Below, piece by piece: positions 37,130 through 50,736 of a stretch of 64,000 nt of DNA. The stretch comes from Marinilabiliaceae bacterium (lineage in GTDB: Bacteria; Bacteroidota; Bacteroidia; Bacteroidales; Marinilabiliaceae): contig JBFHFS010000008.1 in the NCBI GenBank assembly GCA_041583495.1, positions 36,421-100,420 of the forward strand, read 5' to 3'. The translations under genes were made by a program, and so were the position numbers. Within the stretch, counting starts at the first letter, position 1; the number at the start of each line of letters is the position of its first letter. Under the pieces are notes generated by a model that did no database searches, was not told the DNA's origin, and was given only the letters and a program-made list of their open reading frames with translations.

Positions 37130-37780
37130 CTATTGTCGGGTTAATGACTGGCCTAATTTTTTTCCCAGTTCAAAGGCCTGGTCCATGATCCGGGGTTGCT
37201 TTTTGATGGCTCCTTTTTCAAACGAGAGCAGGACCGGAAGCGTGCCTATTATTTCGAATCCCAGGGCCTCCATGGGTCGTAGCATTGCTTCCATGGCAAA
37301 TCCCATGTCCTCCATCTGTGCTTGTTCGCAAACGGCAGAGATTACTACTTTTCTATTTTGGTTGGCCAGGCGGCTACTCCAGGCCCGCGGGCGGGTATTG
37401 TTGTCAAATTCATAAAAACAATACAACCGGTCAATGAAGGCTTTCATCCAGGAGGTGATGTTGTAATTATGCACCGGTGAAGCCAGAATTAATCCTTGTG
37501 ATTCAATGATATCCGGATATAAGGTAGACATCCCATCGTTTATCTTTGTGCAGATCTTGTCTCTTCTACACTTCTCGCAACCCACACATCCCTTTAATTC
37601 AAGATCTCTCAGATTTACATTTTCAAATCCGATCTGTTCATCTTTCAATCCCGATATAATTTGTTTTATCAGGAGGTCCGTATTCCCGCCGCTTCTTGGG
37701 CTGCCTCCAATGGCCAATACCTTTGGGATGGGATTCTCCATCAAGCTTGCCTTTTCTAATAGCTCCTCAAAATAAATCAT
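37130..37780 (-). CDS. Iron-sulfur flavoprotein-like NAD(P)H-dependent FMN reductase (flavodoxin fold)
   Basis: VLAIGGSPRSGGNT FMN-reductase N-terminus and the compact Cys cluster GCVGCEKCRRDKIC (CxxCxxC-x5-C), as in Isf-type proteins. An alternative start is Met14 (37741). Confidence 0.7.
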   Translation of the reverse strand: MIYFEELLEKASLMENPIPKVLAIGGSPRSGGNTDLLIKQIISGLKDEQIGFENVNLRDLELKGCVGCEKCRRDKICTKINDGMSTLYPDIIESQGLILASPVHNYNITSWMKAFIDRLYCFYEFDNNTRPRAWSSRLANQNRKVVISAVCEQAQMEDMGFAMEAMLRPMEALGFEIIGTLPVLLSFEKGAIKKQPRIMDQAFELGKKLGQSLTRQ

Positions 37781-37908
37781 CTGTGTCTTCCCTTTCGATT
37801 TTTAAATGGAGCAAGATAAGCATATTTAAAATGATCCGTCGTGGGCAAACAAGGGGCCGTTTTTATTCGGGTTCTTTGCCGTAACACTTAAATATTGGGA
37901 CCTAAGCC

Positions 37909-38784
<876 letters not shown>

Positions 38785-39160
38785 TTATATTTTTATTTAT
38801 GGATGGGTTTTATGTGGGTTTTAAGGTAAAATACCAATAAAGAAGAAGCATGATTCGGTGTTTTTAATTCGTAGCCGGGTAGTATGTTAACCGGCATTTT
38901 AATGGCAAGAATCTTGCTTCAGAATAAAAATATGAAAGATTTTGAAGCGACAGAATGCTATTTCAGTTCAGAAAACCATGGGATTTATAGAAAACAGGGT
39001 CTTGTTGGTCTCAAACCCTGAAAGAATAGGCTGCATCTTAATGCCGACTAAAGGAGTGATAAACAATTACCCTGAGAATAATAAGATCTTCAGGCTAATA
39101 GAACCGGACCTTTTAAGTGCCGGGAAATAAACCAGTGAAAGTTAAGTTAAAAAATGGCTC

Positions 39161-39193
39161 CCCCTGGAGATAAGCCTTTGAGGGGAGCCTTTT
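39161..39193 (-). terminator. Intrinsic terminator downstream of rocD
   Basis: GGCTCCCC (39166-39173) pairs with GGGGAGCC (39182-39189). On the minus strand the hairpin is followed by A+TTTTT (complement of 39161-39165). It lies 27 nt after the rocD stop. Confidence 0.5.
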
Positions 39194-39216
39194 ATGGATG
39201 AAACTGTGGAGGGTAC

Positions 39217-40440
39217 TTATTTAAATTCCTCCAGCGTTTTTTTAATGATTTTAATGGCCTGGTGTATCTGATCTTCGCTAATTACCAGGGGAGGGGCAAA
39301 GCGGATGATGTGTTCGTGCGTGGGTTTGGCTATGAGGCCGTTATCTTTCATGGCCACGCAAACATCCCAGGCCTCCTTTCCGTTTTTGGGTTTTATAACG
39401 ATGGCATTGAGCAGGCCTTTGCCGCGCACCAGTTCGATCATGTCGGAGTCTATCTTTTTGAGTTCTTCCCGGAAAATTGCTCCCAGGCGTTCGGCCTTTT
39501 CGGCCAGCTTCTCGTCCTTTATAACCTGCAGGGCTTCCATGGCCACCTTACAGGCCAGCGGGTTACCCCCATAGGTGGAACCATGTTCTCCGGGTTTGAT
39601 CACCAGCATAATTTCATCGTCGGCCAGAACCGCAGAGACGGGATATATGCCTCCGGAGATCGCTTTGCCCAGGATTAGCACATCGGGTCTTACACCTTCG
39701 TGGTCGCAGGCCAGCAATTTTCCTGTTCGCGCAAGGCCGGTTTGTACTTCGTCGGCCATGAAAAGAACGTTTTTGGCTTTACACAGGTCATAGGCCTTCT
39801 TCAGGAATCCGTCGTCGGGCACATATACCCCTGCCTCTCCCTGGATGGGTTCTACCAGAAATCCGGCTATGTTGGGGTCTTCCAGTTCTCTGGCCAGTGC
39901 CTGGGTGTCGTTGTAGGGAATCTTGATGAACCCGGGGGTGTAGGGGCCAAATCCCCTGTAGCTGAATGGGTCGGTCGACATCGAGATGATGGTGATGGTG
40001 CGCCCGTGGAAGTTGCCATCGCACACAATGATTTTGGCTTCGTTGGGAGGGATGCCTTTTTTGTCATAGCCCCATTTGCGGCACAATTTAAGAGCCGTTT
40101 CATCGGCTTCGGCACCGCTGTTCATCATCAAAACTTTATCGTACCCAAAATATTTGGCGATGTACTCTTCAGCCTCTCCCAACACATTGTTGTAAAAGGC
40201 ACGGGAAGTGAGGGTCAGACGAAGGGCTTGTTCACTTAGCGCTTTGACGATGCGTGGGTGGCAATGTCCTTGGTTGACCGCCGAATAGGCCGACAAGAAG
40301 TCGAAATAGCGTTTTCCGTCGGTGTCCCAGACGTATACCCCCTGGCCCCGTTCCAACACGACCGGTAGTGGGTGATAATTGTGGGCCCCATACTTGTTTT
40401 CCCGGGCAATGTAATCCTGAGCCGTCATTTGGTCTTGCAT
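39217..40440 (-). CDS. rocD: Ornithine--oxo-acid aminotransferase
   Basis: [46 protein letters not shown] is the OAT/RocD signature. The PLP-Lys region is ILGKAISGG. Confidence 0.9.
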   Translation of the reverse strand: MQDQMTAQDYIARENKYGAHNYHPLPVVLERGQGVYVWDTDGKRYFDFLSAYSAVNQGHCHPRIVKALSEQALRLTLTSRAFYNNVLGEAEEYIAKYFGYDKVLMMNSGAEADETALKLCRKWGYDKKGIPPNEAKIIVCDGNFHGRTITIISMSTDPFSYRGFGPYTPGFIKIPYNDTQALARELEDPNIAGFLVEPIQGEAGVYVPDDGFLKKAYDLCKAKNVLFMADEVQTGLARTGKLLACDHEGVRPDVLILGKAISGGIYPVSAVLADDEIMLVIKPGEHGSTYGGNPLACKVAMEALQVIKDEKLAEKAERLGAIFREELKKIDSDMIELVRGKGLLNAIVIKPKNGKEAWDVCVAMKDNGLIAKPTHEHIIRFAPPLVISEDQIHQAIKIIKKTLEEFK

Positions 40441-40599
40441 AACATACCTGTTTTAAGAATGGTTGATTTAAGCTTTCACTAAATTAAGGAAAATCATGCA
40501 ATTAAAAGATGAATTTTGTCATTCACTCCTTCTATAGAAGCCGTGAGTTTCCCTATAGGTAATTGGGGTATGCGATCGTGATAAGGGCTTATCTTCTGC

Positions 40600-43026
40600 T
40601 TAAAAAGCTACCGTGAGGGAGAGGTTTATCCTTCGGCTGGTAAGATAATTGGGTACAGCATATTGGCGGTTGGCTACATCACTCACCCAATAATAGGAGA
40701 TGGTGTTGTTGATATCGAACAGGTTAAAGATCTCCATCCCAAACCACAGATCTTTGAACAGATGGGTGCGGTCGTAGTGTTTGTGAAGCCATGGTAGGAG
40801 ATCTTTTGAGAAGCCAATGTCTACTCTTCGGTAGGCGGGCATCCGGTTGGTGGCCAGATATCGTGGGGACCGTGGCGGCCCAAAGGGCAAGCCCGAGCCA
40901 AACAGCAGGCTGAGATGTACTTTAAAGGTGGGATTATGAGGGAGGTAATCCTGGAAAAACAGCGAGAAGTTGACCCGTTGGTCGGTGGGACGGGGAATGA
41001 AACCAGGTTCTCCCGGCAGGGACTCATCCAGCCAGGAATCTCCCTCCAGGTCCTCCTCGGTTTTGAGGAACGATAGTGTAGCCCATGATTCGGTTCCCGG
41101 AACAAATTCACCGTGAATCTTAAAGTCAACCCCGGCAGCGTATCCCCGGGCCTCGTTGCTTCCGGTATATTGGATGCGTACATTGTCCACCTGATAGGGG
41201 ATGAGGTCGGTAAAATGCTTGTAATAGAGCTCCGACGAAAATTTAAAGGGTCGCTCGAAGGCTTCAAAATAATGGTCAATACCGGCCAGTACCTGTATCG
41301 ATTTTTGGGAAACCAATTGTGGTGTCTCTCCTGATTGGGGGGTACGGTATTCTTTATAAAAGGGGGGCTGATAATACCAGCCGCCCGATAACCGGTAGCG
41401 CGTTGAAGTGGAATCCAGGGGCAATACCGTCATCTGAAAGCGGGGGGTTACCTGAAAAGGTTCATTGTTGGAGGCATAGAGGAGGCGGGTGCCGTAATTC
41501 AGATTAATTCTGGCCCAGGAGGTGTTTAACGTGATTTGGTGGGCCACAAAGGCCGACAGTCGTTTGGTGTCCCTTTCATTGTGCCCGTGTAGACTGTAGC
41601 TCAGTTCCAGTTCTCCCTCATTCCGGGGAATGGAATAGTCTGCTGAGTCGATCATTTCCCACTCATTAAGGTTGTCGGAGAAGTGTTCCCATTTACCGGT
41701 TACACCCCACTCCAATCGGTCGGTCTGGTTCAATGGGTGAACCCCTTTCACCGAGGCAGCTGTGACCGTTCCCAGTAAATCGTTACGGGCATGTTGCAGG
41801 TGTTCGCCCACACCAATGTTGGTCACCGATTCGGTGTCACCGGAGCCGATGACCTCCTGCAGCCAGTAGGCCCCGGCAATATCGAAACTCTCCTCCTCAA
41901 AGGCCCTGTAGTGGCTGGTGGAGAACTCCATATGGTGCCCCTGGGCGGGTGAGAAGTTAAGTTTTACAGCTCCCATGCCGGTTTCAACGCGGTCTTTCTC
42001 CTGGCCTTCAAAATAGATCTTGAGTCGTTTTACATCGCTGAGGGTACCAAAGGTGGTCTCCCGGTCGGTGGGCTCAAAATCATAGCGATTTAAGGCATAA
42101 TAGGTGAGCCACTCCAGCGAAAGTTTAGGGGAAATCTGGTAGTTGAAGAATGCCTGAACATCCGAAAAGGTGGGGTTGTAGGTGCCTTTCGTGTCGAGGG
42201 TTCCCAGTAAATAGCGATTGGTTTTGTGGCGATATCCCCCTATCCAGGAGAGTTTTTTGTTGCCTGTTTGCCCTTGTATATGGGCCCGGGCCCCCATAAA
42301 ATTTATATTGGCGCTGGCACTTGCCTTTTCGGGTTTCTTGTAGCGAATGTCGAGCACAGAACTCAATTTATCGCCATACTGCACCCCAAATCCGCCGGCC
42401 GAAAAGAAGACCGATTCGACCAAATCGGGGTTGACAATGCTAAGGCCTTCCTGTTGACCACTTCTAATGAGCATGGGACGGTATACTTCCATGCCGTTTA
42501 TGTAAACAAGGTTTTCATCAAAGTTGCCGCCCCTTACCCGGTATTGAGTGCTCAGTTCATTGCCCGAGGAAACGCCCATCTGTGACCTCACCAGGCCCTC
42601 AATGGCATATCCCGAAGGCATGGGAATTTTGCCCGACACCAGGGGGTCAATTTTTTGGGCAGTCTGGTCCGAGTTGTTTCTGCCACTCACCTCAACCTCT
42701 TTAAGCTGTCTTTCCTGAACCTGTAACTGAATCAACAGACTGTCTATGGCTTGCGTGGAATTTTTTAGCGTAATTTCCCGGGGCAGATAATCGATGCGCG
42801 AAAACTGGAGATGGAGGGGATAGCGGGCTTCTGCTTCCAGCACAAAATAACCATTTGCGTTGGTGGCCGTTCCCCGGTTTTGGCCGGGTACTGCAATGTT
42901 CACCATCTCAAGAGGGGATCCTGAGGTGGACTCCACACGGCCTTTTATTCTGATGAGGGTCTGGCCTGAGAGCGTGACCGACAAATGAATGATGGTGAAA
43001 AATAAGAAAAGCCGTTGAAACGTCAT
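40600..43026 (-). CDS. TonB-dependent receptor with N-terminal carboxypeptidase-regulatory-like domain
   Basis: Signal MTFQRLFLFFTIIHLSVTLSGQ. It has a CarboxypepD_reg-like IRIKGRVESTSGSPLEMVNIAV...ANGYFVLE, a plug-like RVRGGNFDENLVYINGMEVYRP, a long barrel and a C-terminal ...INLSLTVAF. No SusD-like partner is adjacent. Confidence 0.75.
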   Translation of the reverse strand: MTFQRLFLFFTIIHLSVTLSGQTLIRIKGRVESTSGSPLEMVNIAVPGQNRGTATNANGYFVLEAEARYPLHLQFSRIDYLPREITLKNSTQAIDSLLIQLQVQERQLKEVEVSGRNNSDQTAQKIDPLVSGKIPMPSGYAIEGLVRSQMGVSSGNELSTQYRVRGGNFDENLVYINGMEVYRPMLIRSGQQEGLSIVNPDLVESVFFSAGGFGVQYGDKLSSVLDIRYKKPEKASASANINFMGARAHIQGQTGNKKLSWIGGYRHKTNRYLLGTLDTKGTYNPTFSDVQAFFNYQISPKLSLEWLTYYALNRYDFEPTDRETTFGTLSDVKRLKIYFEGQEKDRVETGMGAVKLNFSPAQGHHMEFSTSHYRAFEEESFDIAGAYWLQEVIGSGDTESVTNIGVGEHLQHARNDLLGTVTAASVKGVHPLNQTDRLEWGVTGKWEHFSDNLNEWEMIDSADYSIPRNEGELELSYSLHGHNERDTKRLSAFVAHQITLNTSWARINLNYGTRLLYASNNEPFQVTPRFQMTVLPLDSTSTRYRLSGGWYYQPPFYKEYRTPQSGETPQLVSQKSIQVLAGIDHYFEAFERPFKFSSELYYKHFTDLIPYQVDNVRIQYTGSNEARGYAAGVDFKIHGEFVPGTESWATLSFLKTEEDLEGDSWLDESLPGEPGFIPRPTDQRVNFSLFFQDYLPHNPTFKVHLSLLFGSGLPFGPPRSPRYLATNRMPAYRRVDIGFSKDLLPWLHKHYDRTHLFKDLWFGMEIFNLFDINNTISYYWVSDVANRQYAVPNYLTSRRINLSLTVAF

Positions 43027-43309
43027 GTGGTTCCGAAAATGAGGGTTCAAATTCTAATCAACAAAAATAGAGAAAAAATCAGCCTTTCAAAGAGTGGTCA
43101 ACGTTCACTCGCCCGGGGGATGTAAAATCTTGACTGTAAGCCGCCAAAAAAACCATGATCCTTCAATGGAAATCCAACGGTTTGGATATAGTCCCCGGAA
43201 TATGTTTGTCTTAAAATGGATGAATAGGGATCACTAAAGTTGGTCGTTTAAACGAATTGCGATAAATTTGATTGGTAACCAATTTGTATTATCCGAATAA
43301 AGAGTCCCT

Positions 43310-44305
43310 ATGAAGCGAAAGATCTTAATGACCCATCATTTACCGCAAAGGCCTTTTGATGTTCTTGAGCAGGATTTTGAACTCATCTGGCCTGAAGGCT
43401 TATCCTTTTCGCGTGAGGAGATGCTGGCTTATCTGCCGGCCTGCGAGGGTGTGGTGTCGGTCTATAACCAGCCTTTTGATGCCGGTCTGATGAGCGCGGC
43501 TCCCAGGCTGAAGCTGATCGCCAACTTTGGGGCCGGAACCGATAATCTGGATGTGGCAGCGGCCACCGACCTTGGGATTGTCGTGGCCAACACTCCCGAC
43601 ACCGTTACAGAGGCCACGGCTGAGCTCACGATGGGTCTGATTGTGAGTGTGGCCCGCCGGATTTCTGAGTTCGACCGTTCCCTCCGCAATAAGGAGATTG
43701 ACCGTTGGGGGGTGCTCGATAACCTTGGCGTGACATTGTATGGTAAGACTTTAGGGATCTTGGGAATGGGAAGTATCGGGAGGGCAGTGGCCCGCCGTGC
43801 GGTTTCCTTTGGTATGCGTGTGGTCTATCACAATCGCCGTCGGCTTGAAGCTTCGGAAGAGGAGGCTTGCCAGGCTCAATATACCGATAGGGAAAACCTG
43901 CTGCGTCATTCCGATTTTGTTTCTCTCAATGTGCCTCTAAACTCCCAAACGAGAGGTTTAATCGGGGCTCCCGAGTTGGAGTTGATGAAAACTTCGGCTT
44001 TTTTGGTCAATACTTCCAGGGGATCGGTGGTGCAACAGCAGGCACTGATTGAGGCGCTTAAGAAGAGAGAGATCGCGGGGGCAGCCCTGGATGTTTTTGA
44101 AAATGAACCTCATGTGCCCGACGAGTTACTGGGTATGACCAATGTGGTGGTGCTGCCCCATGTGGGAGGAGCTACCCATGAAGCCCGTCTGATGATGTCC
44201 AGGGAGGTGGCTGGAATTATCGGGGATTTTTTTGCGGGGAGACACAATTTTCCTGTGATTAACCCCACGGTTTGGCAATTGCCTCAGTTAAGAATCCAAA
44301 AATAA
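43310..44305 (+). CDS. D-2-hydroxyacid dehydrogenase family (glyoxylate/hydroxypyruvate reductase-like)
   Basis: GAGTDNLDV, NAD-binding GILGMGSIGRAVARRA, and the catalytic region NTSRG...ALDVFE.EP...PH.G. Confidence 0.85.
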   Translation: MKRKILMTHHLPQRPFDVLEQDFELIWPEGLSFSREEMLAYLPACEGVVSVYNQPFDAGLMSAAPRLKLIANFGAGTDNLDVAAATDLGIVVANTPDTVTEATAELTMGLIVSVARRISEFDRSLRNKEIDRWGVLDNLGVTLYGKTLGILGMGSIGRAVARRAVSFGMRVVYHNRRRLEASEEEACQAQYTDRENLLRHSDFVSLNVPLNSQTRGLIGAPELELMKTSAFLVNTSRGSVVQQQALIEALKKREIAGAALDVFENEPHVPDELLGMTNVVVLPHVGGATHEARLMMSREVAGIIGDFFAGRHNFPVINPTVWQLPQLRIQK

Positions 44306-44317
44306 AACGGAGTCGCT

Positions 44318-44728
44318 ATGATTAAACAAATAAAAATAACCTTACCCGAGATGGGAAGAGGGTTTCATTTGATAACCAGCCATATCGTATCTCATCTTCC
44401 TGATTTGCCCGAACAGGGATTGTTCAACTTGTTTTTACAGCATACCTCCGCGGGTATATCACTGAACGAAAATGCAGACCCCTCGGTCCTGACAGATTTT
44501 GAGACCGCTCTTAATAAGCTGGCACCTGAAGATTCTTCGGTATATACCCATATTATGGAAGGTTCGGACGACATGCCGGCCCATATTAAAAGTTCTTTAA
44601 TGGGTGTGTCGCTTACAATTCCCATTGTTAATCATCGTTTGGCAACAGGTATGTGGCAGGGTATTTATCTGTGCGAATTCAGAAACTACGGAGGTCCAAG
44701 ACGATTGGTGGCCACCATTTACTCCTGA
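44318..44728 (+). CDS. yjbQ: YjbQ/UPF0047 family protein (secondary thiamine-phosphate synthase enzyme)
   Basis: 136 aa with LFLQHTSAGISLNENADPSV..D, DDMPAHIKSSL.G.SL.IP and G.WQGIYLCEFR. Confidence 0.8.
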   Translation: MIKQIKITLPEMGRGFHLITSHIVSHLPDLPEQGLFNLFLQHTSAGISLNENADPSVLTDFETALNKLAPEDSSVYTHIMEGSDDMPAHIKSSLMGVSLTIPIVNHRLATGMWQGIYLCEFRNYGGPRRLVATIYS

Positions 44729-44766
44729 TGGGTAATGTTCAGGAGCAGATGGTTGAGAGGGTCGTT

Positions 44767-45930
44767 TTAGAGGCCTTTCAGATTCTGTCTTATTTTTTTT
44801 TCTTCATTTTCCCAGGTAAATAAGGTTGCTGCCATGGGAATGGTCTCTTTCCATTTGAGTCTTAGGTCCTGGTTTTCGCAGGCATCCTTTATTGCCCGTG
44901 CAATGGTTTGGGGGGAAAGATTATTGACCAACAGACCCGTGTGGTATGTCTTTACAATGGACTGAATGTCGGGAAAGTCAGAGGCAATTACGGGGATGCC
45001 CAGTTGCATATAATCAAAGATGCGGTTGGGAAGGGAGTGATAGTAATTTAATCCCATATTTTCGAGAAGGCACAGGCCCACCATGGCGCCACTGCTGTAT
45101 TTTTCGAGTTCTTCGAAGGGGACGGCCCCTTTAAAGATTACCTGCTCTTCCAATTGAAGAGAGTGTGCAAGTGCCTTAAGTTCCTTCATCTCGTCGCCGC
45201 GGCCAACAATGATAAAGCGATAGCCCGGCAGGTATTGCATGGCATGGATGGTCGGGGCGATTCCACGGCCCAGATTGAGGGCTCCCTGATAAACGATGAG
45301 GCGACTGTTGGTGTTAACTTCTGGCAATGAGGCCTTCTCCTTTTTCAAAGGCAGGTTGCGCAACAGTTCAAAATCGCAATTGTAACGCTCCTTGTAGAGC
45401 TTTACCAGACCCGGGGAGACTGTGAAATGGTGATCGGCACCGGGAATAAACCATTTCTCCAGCTGGATCCACAACCACTTTTTTAAAGGCCGGTGATGCA
45501 GTTCAGGTACCTCTGAAAAAAACTCATGGCTGTCGAAGACTACCGGAATGCGTTTGAAAAATCCTGCTATCCGGCAAGCCGGCAAGGTGTCCATATCGAC
45601 CGACCAGATATAATTAGTGTGGTGGGTTAATAGAAACACAAGAAGTCGGAGATTGAGCGTGAAATAAAAAAGAGGTCCCCGATTAAAAGGGAGAGAAAAC
45701 CGAAATGGCCTTCCTGAACGGCCCGAAGGGAAGTTTTGTCGCGGGTAGTTTCTGCCGGTTTGCCAAACTTCAAAGCCCATTTTTTCAAGGGTTTGAGAAA
45801 TTTTTTGTACCCGATTATCGAACACCAGGTTATTGGATGTGGTGATTATGATTCTGGTCAAGACAACTTGTTTTTTTTCAAAGATAGCAACTAATTCTTT
45901 TGGAGGTAATAACTTTCCGGCTGCCCCCAA
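44767..45930 (-). CDS. Glycosyltransferase (GT-B fold, GT4-like)
   Basis: C-terminal GT1/GT4 pattern LIVYQGALNLGRG...FIIVGRGDE...EQVIFKGAVPFEEL...LPNRIFDYMQLGIPVIASDFPD. The start is uncertain because the ORF-track start is TTG; another TTG (MTRIIITTS) at 45861 is equally plausible. Confidence 0.7.
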   Translation of the reverse strand: MGAAGKLLPPKELVAIFEKKQVVLTRIIITTSNNLVFDNRVQKISQTLEKMGFEVWQTGRNYPRQNFPSGRSGRPFRFSLPFNRGPLFYFTLNLRLLVFLLTHHTNYIWSVDMDTLPACRIAGFFKRIPVVFDSHEFFSEVPELHHRPLKKWLWIQLEKWFIPGADHHFTVSPGLVKLYKERYNCDFELLRNLPLKKEKASLPEVNTNSRLIVYQGALNLGRGIAPTIHAMQYLPGYRFIIVGRGDEMKELKALAHSLQLEEQVIFKGAVPFEELEKYSSGAMVGLCLLENMGLNYYHSLPNRIFDYMQLGIPVIASDFPDIQSIVKTYHTGLLVNNLSPQTIARAIKDACENQDLRLKWKETIPMAATLFTWENEEKKIRQNLKGL

Positions 45931-45989
45931 ATATATTTTGGAATATAAATCAGGGGTTTATTATAGGTGGTTGTTTAATAATGCCTTAA

Positions 45990-48068
<2,079 letters not shown>

Positions 48069-48119
48069 CCCTGCTGGGGTGAGCTGAGCGCCAGTTTTTG
48101 GTTATTTACAGTACAGAGA

Positions 48120-48150
48120 GGGGAGAAGTTAATCATTTCTCCCCTTTTTT
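48120..48150 (+). terminator. Rho-independent terminator of gyrB
   Basis: GGGGAGAA (48120-48127) and TTCTCCCC (48137-48144) with a 9-nt loop, followed by TTTTTT (48145-48150). Confidence 0.75.
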
Positions 48151-48202
48151 CTTGCTTCAGACTTCTATTCAACAGGCTTTATCTGCCCTGTTATAACTCC
48201 AT

Positions 48203-48242
48203 AAAAAAAGCCTTCCGGAAACTTTTTCCGGAAGGCTTTTTT
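48203..48242. terminator. Bidirectional terminator (serves rpoD on the minus strand)
   Basis: 12-bp perfect stem AGCCTTCCGGAA (48209-48220) with TTCCGGAAGGCT (48226-48237). It is flanked by A7 upstream and T6 downstream, 22 nt from the rpoD stop. Confidence 0.8.
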
Positions 48243-48263
48243 GTGAATAAAAAGGCTGTAATA

Positions 48264-49124
48264 TTAGCCTAAATATGACTTAAGTAATTTGCTCCTTGAA
48301 GTGTGACGAAGTCTGCGAATGGCTTTTTCTTTAATCTGCCGTACTCTTTCGCGTGTAAGTCCAAACCGCTCACCAATTTCTTCGAGGGTCATCTCCTGAC
48401 ATCCAATGCCGAAGAAGAGTTTAATGATGTCGCTCTCACGTTCGGTAAGGGTGGCCAGTGCCCGCTCGATCTCTTTTGACAGGGATTCATTGATAAGGGC
48501 TTTGTCTGCATTTGGGGAATCGCTGTTCACCAATACATCCAACAGGCTGTTGTCTTCTCCTTCAACAAAGGGGGCATCCACTGAAATGTGGCGACCTGAA
48601 ACACGAAGGGTGTCAGACACTTTGTCGGCAGGAATTTCCAGAATCTCAGCAAGCTCTTCGGGGGAAGGTTTTCGCTCGTTTTCCTGCTCGAACTTAGAAT
48701 AGGCTTTATTGATCTTGTTTAACGATCCAACCTGGTTTAGTGGCAGTCGGACAATCCTGGACTGTTCGGCCAGGGCTTGCAAAATGGACTGACGAATCCA
48801 CCAAACGGCATATGAGATAAATTTAAACCCCCGTGTTTCATCAAATTTCTCGGCTGCTTTAATCAACCCAAGGTTGCCCTCGTTGATGAGGTCGGGGAGG
48901 CTAAGTCCTTGGTTTTGATATTGTTTAGCCACGGATACCACGAATCGCAAGTTGGCTCGAGTCAGCTTCTCCAGAGCAATCTGGTCTCCCTTTTTAATTC
49001 GTTGGGCTAACTCAACTTCTTCCTCGACAGAGATCAGATCTTCACGACCAATTTCCTGAAGATATTTGTCCAAAGAAGCGCTTTCGCGGTTGGTTATTGA
49101 TTTAGTTATCTTTAGTTGTCTCAT
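48264..49124 (-). CDS. rpoD: Primary RNA polymerase sigma factor (Bacteroidota sigma-A, short form)
   Basis: 286 aa. Region 2 reads [53 protein letters not shown]. Region 4 reads [28 protein letters not shown]. Confidence 0.95.
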   Translation of the reverse strand: MRQLKITKSITNRESASLDKYLQEIGREDLISVEEEVELAQRIKKGDQIALEKLTRANLRFVVSVAKQYQNQGLSLPDLINEGNLGLIKAAEKFDETRGFKFISYAVWWIRQSILQALAEQSRIVRLPLNQVGSLNKINKAYSKFEQENERKPSPEELAEILEIPADKVSDTLRVSGRHISVDAPFVEGEDNSLLDVLVNSDSPNADKALINESLSKEIERALATLTERESDIIKLFFGIGCQEMTLEEIGERFGLTRERVRQIKEKAIRRLRHTSRSKLLKSYLG

Positions 49125-49148
49125 ATAAACTCACAAAAAAATTCGGCG

Positions 49149-49179
49149 CAAAAGTACGGTAATTTATCGACTCTTCAAA
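49149..49179 (-). promoter_or_regulatory. Candidate rpoD promoter (-33 TTTG, -7 TACTTTTG, 19-nt spacer)
   Basis: The minus strand reads ...CCTTTGAAGAGTCGATAAATTACCGTACTTTTGCGCC... TTTG is the complement of 49176-49179 and TACTTTTG is the complement of 49149-49156. The -7 box ends 24 nt upstream of the ATG at 49124. Confidence 0.5.
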
Positions 49180-49200
49180 GGATAAAGTCGGTCCATTGGT

Positions 49201-50667
49201 TTATTGTTGCAGATTAATGGCGTAATAGGCCACTTGTCCATTGGGGTAAATACCCGTTAAAAACAGACCTTCCTGTGCAATATCGACAACTTTTCTAAGA
49301 TCGTCAACATTATTTATGGGAACCCGGTTTGCCTTGCTGATAATATATCCCTCCTTTATTCCCGACTCCAGTAGCTTGCCTTCGGATAACCTCTTGATTT
49401 GAAGTCCACTGCGAATATTAAGCTTCTCTTTTAACTGTTGGGGAACCTCATCGAAGGTGGCTCCAAGAACTTCCAGTGCTACTCCCGATTTTACAACGTC
49501 TGTAGAGCCGTAAATGTTTTGCAAAGTAACAGAAAATTGTTTAGTTTTTCCATTGCGAATCAGGGTTATATTTACTTTGTCCCCCGGGCGGTGACGAGAG
49601 ACCTTTTCCTGGAGTTCAGAGGTTTTGTTGACCGCCTCATTATTGACGCTGATGATGACATCACCTTTTTCAATTCCGGCCTCTTTAGCTCCACTGCCAT
49701 CTTGTACTGCGGCTACATGTACGCCATTTACTTTTTCCAGGTTAAGCTCCTTGGCCAGATCACTGGTTACATCCTGGATGCTGATTCCCAGAAGGCCCCT
49801 CTGAACTTCTCCAAACTCCATGAGGTCGGCAACCACCTTTTGGGCAATGCTTACGGGAACGGCAAAGGAGTAACCTGAATATGACCCTGTGCGGGAGGCA
49901 ATGGCGGAGTTAATCCCTACCAACTCCCCGTTGGTGTTTACCAGGGCCCCGCCACTGTTGCCGGGATTTACCGCGGCATCGGTTTGAATAAAGGATTCAA
50001 TACCCAGACGACCCCCTCCGTTTAGGATGTTAATGCTGCGCGACTTGGCGCTTACAATGCCTGCTGTAACCGTGGAGGTCAGGTTAAAAGGATTGCCTAC
50101 TGCCAGAACCCATTCACCTATCTTTAACGCATCTGAGTTTCCATAAGATAAGAAGGTTAAGTCAGAAGCATCAATCTTCAATAAAGCAATGTCTGTGGTG
50201 GGATCGGTACCCACCAGAATGGCTTTAAAGGTGCGGTTGTCGTTTAGGGTCACCTCAATTTCGCTGGCATCCTCAATCACGTGATTGTTGGTTACGATGT
50301 AACCGTCTTTGGTGATAATCACTCCCGAACCTGAACCCAATACCGGCTGCTGCTGCGGCATTTGCTGCCCTCTGGGATTGAAAAAGAATTCGTATAAGGG
50401 ATTTCCTTCATAGGGGTTTTCCCTTGCACCCATCTGGGTTTTTACGTGAACTACCGCATGAACCGATTTCTCGGCTGCCCTGGTTAAATCCGGAACACCT
50501 ATCTGAGGCGAGGATGGAAGCGATACATAGCTCGCTGGGGGAGTGGTTGATTGGCCGGTTCCGACCATTCCGGGTTGTGGGCTGAACCACTTACTATAAG
50601 CAAATACTGCTACGAACGCACTGATGAGTGCGATTAAAAAAACGGATAGAATTTTTTTTGTTTTCAT
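49201..50667 (-). CDS. Periplasmic serine endoprotease, HtrA/DegP/DegQ family (trypsin domain plus two PDZ)
   Basis: Catalytic triad context TNNHV, DIALLKI and TDAAVNPGNSGGALVN, with an N-terminal anchor/signal. Confidence 0.9.
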   Translation of the reverse strand: MKTKKILSVFLIALISAFVAVFAYSKWFSPQPGMVGTGQSTTPPASYVSLPSSPQIGVPDLTRAAEKSVHAVVHVKTQMGARENPYEGNPLYEFFFNPRGQQMPQQQPVLGSGSGVIITKDGYIVTNNHVIEDASEIEVTLNDNRTFKAILVGTDPTTDIALLKIDASDLTFLSYGNSDALKIGEWVLAVGNPFNLTSTVTAGIVSAKSRSINILNGGGRLGIESFIQTDAAVNPGNSGGALVNTNGELVGINSAIASRTGSYSGYSFAVPVSIAQKVVADLMEFGEVQRGLLGISIQDVTSDLAKELNLEKVNGVHVAAVQDGSGAKEAGIEKGDVIISVNNEAVNKTSELQEKVSRHRPGDKVNITLIRNGKTKQFSVTLQNIYGSTDVVKSGVALEVLGATFDEVPQQLKEKLNIRSGLQIKRLSEGKLLESGIKEGYIISKANRVPINNVDDLRKVVDIAQEGLFLTGIYPNGQVAYYAINLQQ

Positions 50668-50721
50668 GATAATTCTGTTTTCAACATAAATTTACTTGCT
50701 GGCAAATACAAATGGTATGCC

Positions 50722-50736
50722 TTAATTGGCAATTAA
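50722..50736. promoter_or_regulatory. Perfect 15-bp palindrome TTAATTG-G-CAATTAA upstream of the HtrA-family gene
   Basis: Seen directly in the sequence. It lies 55-69 nt upstream of the ATG at 50667, in the 494-bp divergent htrA/dapF intergenic region. Confidence 0.3.

Noticed and set aside
36886-37132. In-frame open reading continuing for about 63 codons past the TAG stop of the Isf-like gene (…RLWVTIRIKEISRCPSPIANPFELNQEFCRDSITSLRSNLPVLVPEEPKIMGALGCALHSRKEGFN*). This could be stop-codon read-through, or a decayed downstream gene.
   Set aside because: The Isf-like protein is already full length at the TAG. The extension has no motif I recognise and no independent start with a plausible context. 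A 63-codon open stretch is not improbable by chance. It remains worth a BLASTX.
36616-37415. Plus-strand ORFs 36616..36885 (89 aa) and 36978..37415 (145 aa) in or next to the ArsR/Isf gap. The same applies to 38942..39130, 6234..6434, 26659..26853, 29397..29910 and 12542..13006 in other intergenic regions.
   Set aside because: Their composition is AT-rich or low-complexity. Several start at non-ATG codons or overlap real genes on the other strand (36978..37415 overlaps the Isf-like CDS). None has a motif, and none has a promoter or terminator context that supports it.
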